Under the pieces are notes generated by a model. The model was given only the letters and a program-made list of their open reading frames with translations, did not search any database and was not told where the DNA came from. The position numbers and the translations under genes are program-made. Shown here one piece after another: positions 62,469 through 64,000 of a stretch of 64,000 nucleotides of DNA; positions within the stretch are counted from its first letter, which is position 1, and each line of letters begins with the position of its first letter. The stretch lies in the NCBI RefSeq assembly GCF_009914755.1, contig NC_060930.1. The stretch is one strand, 5' to 3'. This stretch comes from the human T2T-CHM13v2.0 reference genome, Homo sapiens.

Positions 62469-63439
62469 TAAAAATGAAAAAATTGCCCTCACAATGTCCC
62501 TTAGATGGGAAATGGGGGCTAAGGTTTCAGGAGGGAGGGACAGGCTGGATTAAACAAGGAATGGCACATCCATCAGCATGACAGCCACGGCCTTGGCATG
62601 GCCGTCTCCCAAGAAGCACTGGATCCATGATAAAGAGCCTGTAAACCACCCGATAAAACTCATATATCATTCCCTTGCCTCTGATAAGGGGATCTTGTTT
62701 TTCCTTTCTTGCAATACAATAGAGATTCATGAATTAGCCAGAAATTCAGATACTGCTGTGTCATGGGCTGGTTGGCTTAGAGGTTGGACAGATGCCAGCC
62801 CCTTCCTAGCTGTGTGAGCTCAGATAAGGGAGTTAAGCTCTCGGGGCTCCAGCTTCCTCATCAGTAAAATGTAGACAGCAATATCCTGATGGATCAAATA
62901 AAGATAACTTATGTAAAGCAACTGGCTGCCAGTACTCAGTCAGAAATGTTAGCCCTTTTCCACTTGAGATAAAGAGCCCAGAGGCTTTATGAGTTCCCTG
63001 GTCTTTGTTCCCACTGAAGAAACTTCCTTGGCATCAACGCTACGGCCACTCCACCGTGCACCAGTTAGTTCCCAGCCATGAGCACAGAAGCTGAGGACCT
63101 GACCCTGAGGGTCCCACTCAGGCCGTGGTAGCCCCAGTCCAGGGCACTGAGGCAATTCTAGTCTAACTGTGCTTTGTTTACTCCGTGGGGGATCTGAGCC
63201 TGGGATGAGCAGAGGGCAGGCGGAAGGGGATGCAGGAATGTCATCGTTGTATGTCACTATCATCTGCCCTTTCCAAACTTGTAGCTCCGGGTTTTAGAAT
63301 TTGGAGGCCTGGGGAACGCATTTACATGTTTCATTTGTTTGTTTTTAGTAACCATGTAATCACCCATGTGAACTAAGCTGAGGAACAGTGTCACTTCTGC
63401 TTCTACGTAGCTCACTAGAAATCCTCCAAAGAATTATAG

Positions 63440-63645
63440 CCATCATTTGTTGAGCACCTACTGTTTGCCAGCGACAGTACTAGATGCTTTATCTTCAATC
63501 TTCCCTGCAGATCTCTACCTCCCTCTTATGGATCAGGAAATGGAGGCTCTGAAATAGCATATTTAATCTGTGCCAGGTTAACAGAGCTAACAATTGGGTC
63601 AGGATTTGAACTTGGCTCTGAGGGGCCATGTGCTTTCCAGTGCAC
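63440..63645 (-). mobile_element. MIR
   Basis: catttgttgagcacctactg...ggaaatggaggctctga...caggatttgaac. Confidence 0.75.
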
Positions 63646-63757
63646 CTCTCAAAGTAAGCGCCACACTGAGTTACAGAGAGCTGTGCCCATAGCATCATCA
63701 CCTACAGGGCAGGTGGCCTTTTCCTAGGAGTTGGTGCCAAGGATTCTGAGTCCTCCT

Positions 63758-64000
63758 GTGTGGCAGACTGAATGTCGACATCCCGATCCCCAGAGCCTGT
63801 GAATGTTTTCTTATAGAATGGCAAAAGAGACTTTGTAGGTGGGATGAAGTTAAGGATCATGAACTGGGAGGATTATCCTGGATTAGCCAGGTGGGTGGGA
63901 GGTAAGCACCACTCTTACAAGAAGGAAGCAGGAGATCAGAATGGGTCATAGGAGCTGTGTCCTGGAAGCAAGAGGTTGGAGGGACTTGAGAAAGGGGTCA
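63758..64000 (+). mobile_element. MLT1 (C/D-like) MaLR LTR, runs off the window
   Basis: tgtggcagactgaat...gcctgtgaatg...ggcaaaagagactttg...gattatcctggattagccaggtggg. Confidence 0.8.

Overview
Primate (human-like) genomic DNA, rich in Alu, L1, L2, MIR, LTR and DNA-transposon relics. The only supportable protein-coding sequence is the terminal coding exon of GFOD1 (Gfo/Idh/MocA family) on the minus strand, 32904->31985. It has a canonical branch point and acceptor, a probable ~6.9 kb 3'UTR ending at a poly(A) site near 25073, and its upstream intron fills 32905-64000. Bases 1-25000 look intergenic. Most ORFs in the track are repeat-derived, antisense shadows of the exon, or chance. I found no new gene system. 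Three local rearrangements of non-repeat DNA stand out: (1) an inverted duplication at ~58.5-61.4 kb whose two arms carry different Alus at the same nucleotide, plus a 67/69-identical patch; (2) a ~90-bp templated insertion in an old L1 (1821-1910) copied from 3931-4018; (3) a trimeric Alu inside an unbroken MIR. Repeat subfamily names come from recall of consensus sequences. Boundaries are approximate unless target-site duplications (TSDs) are given.
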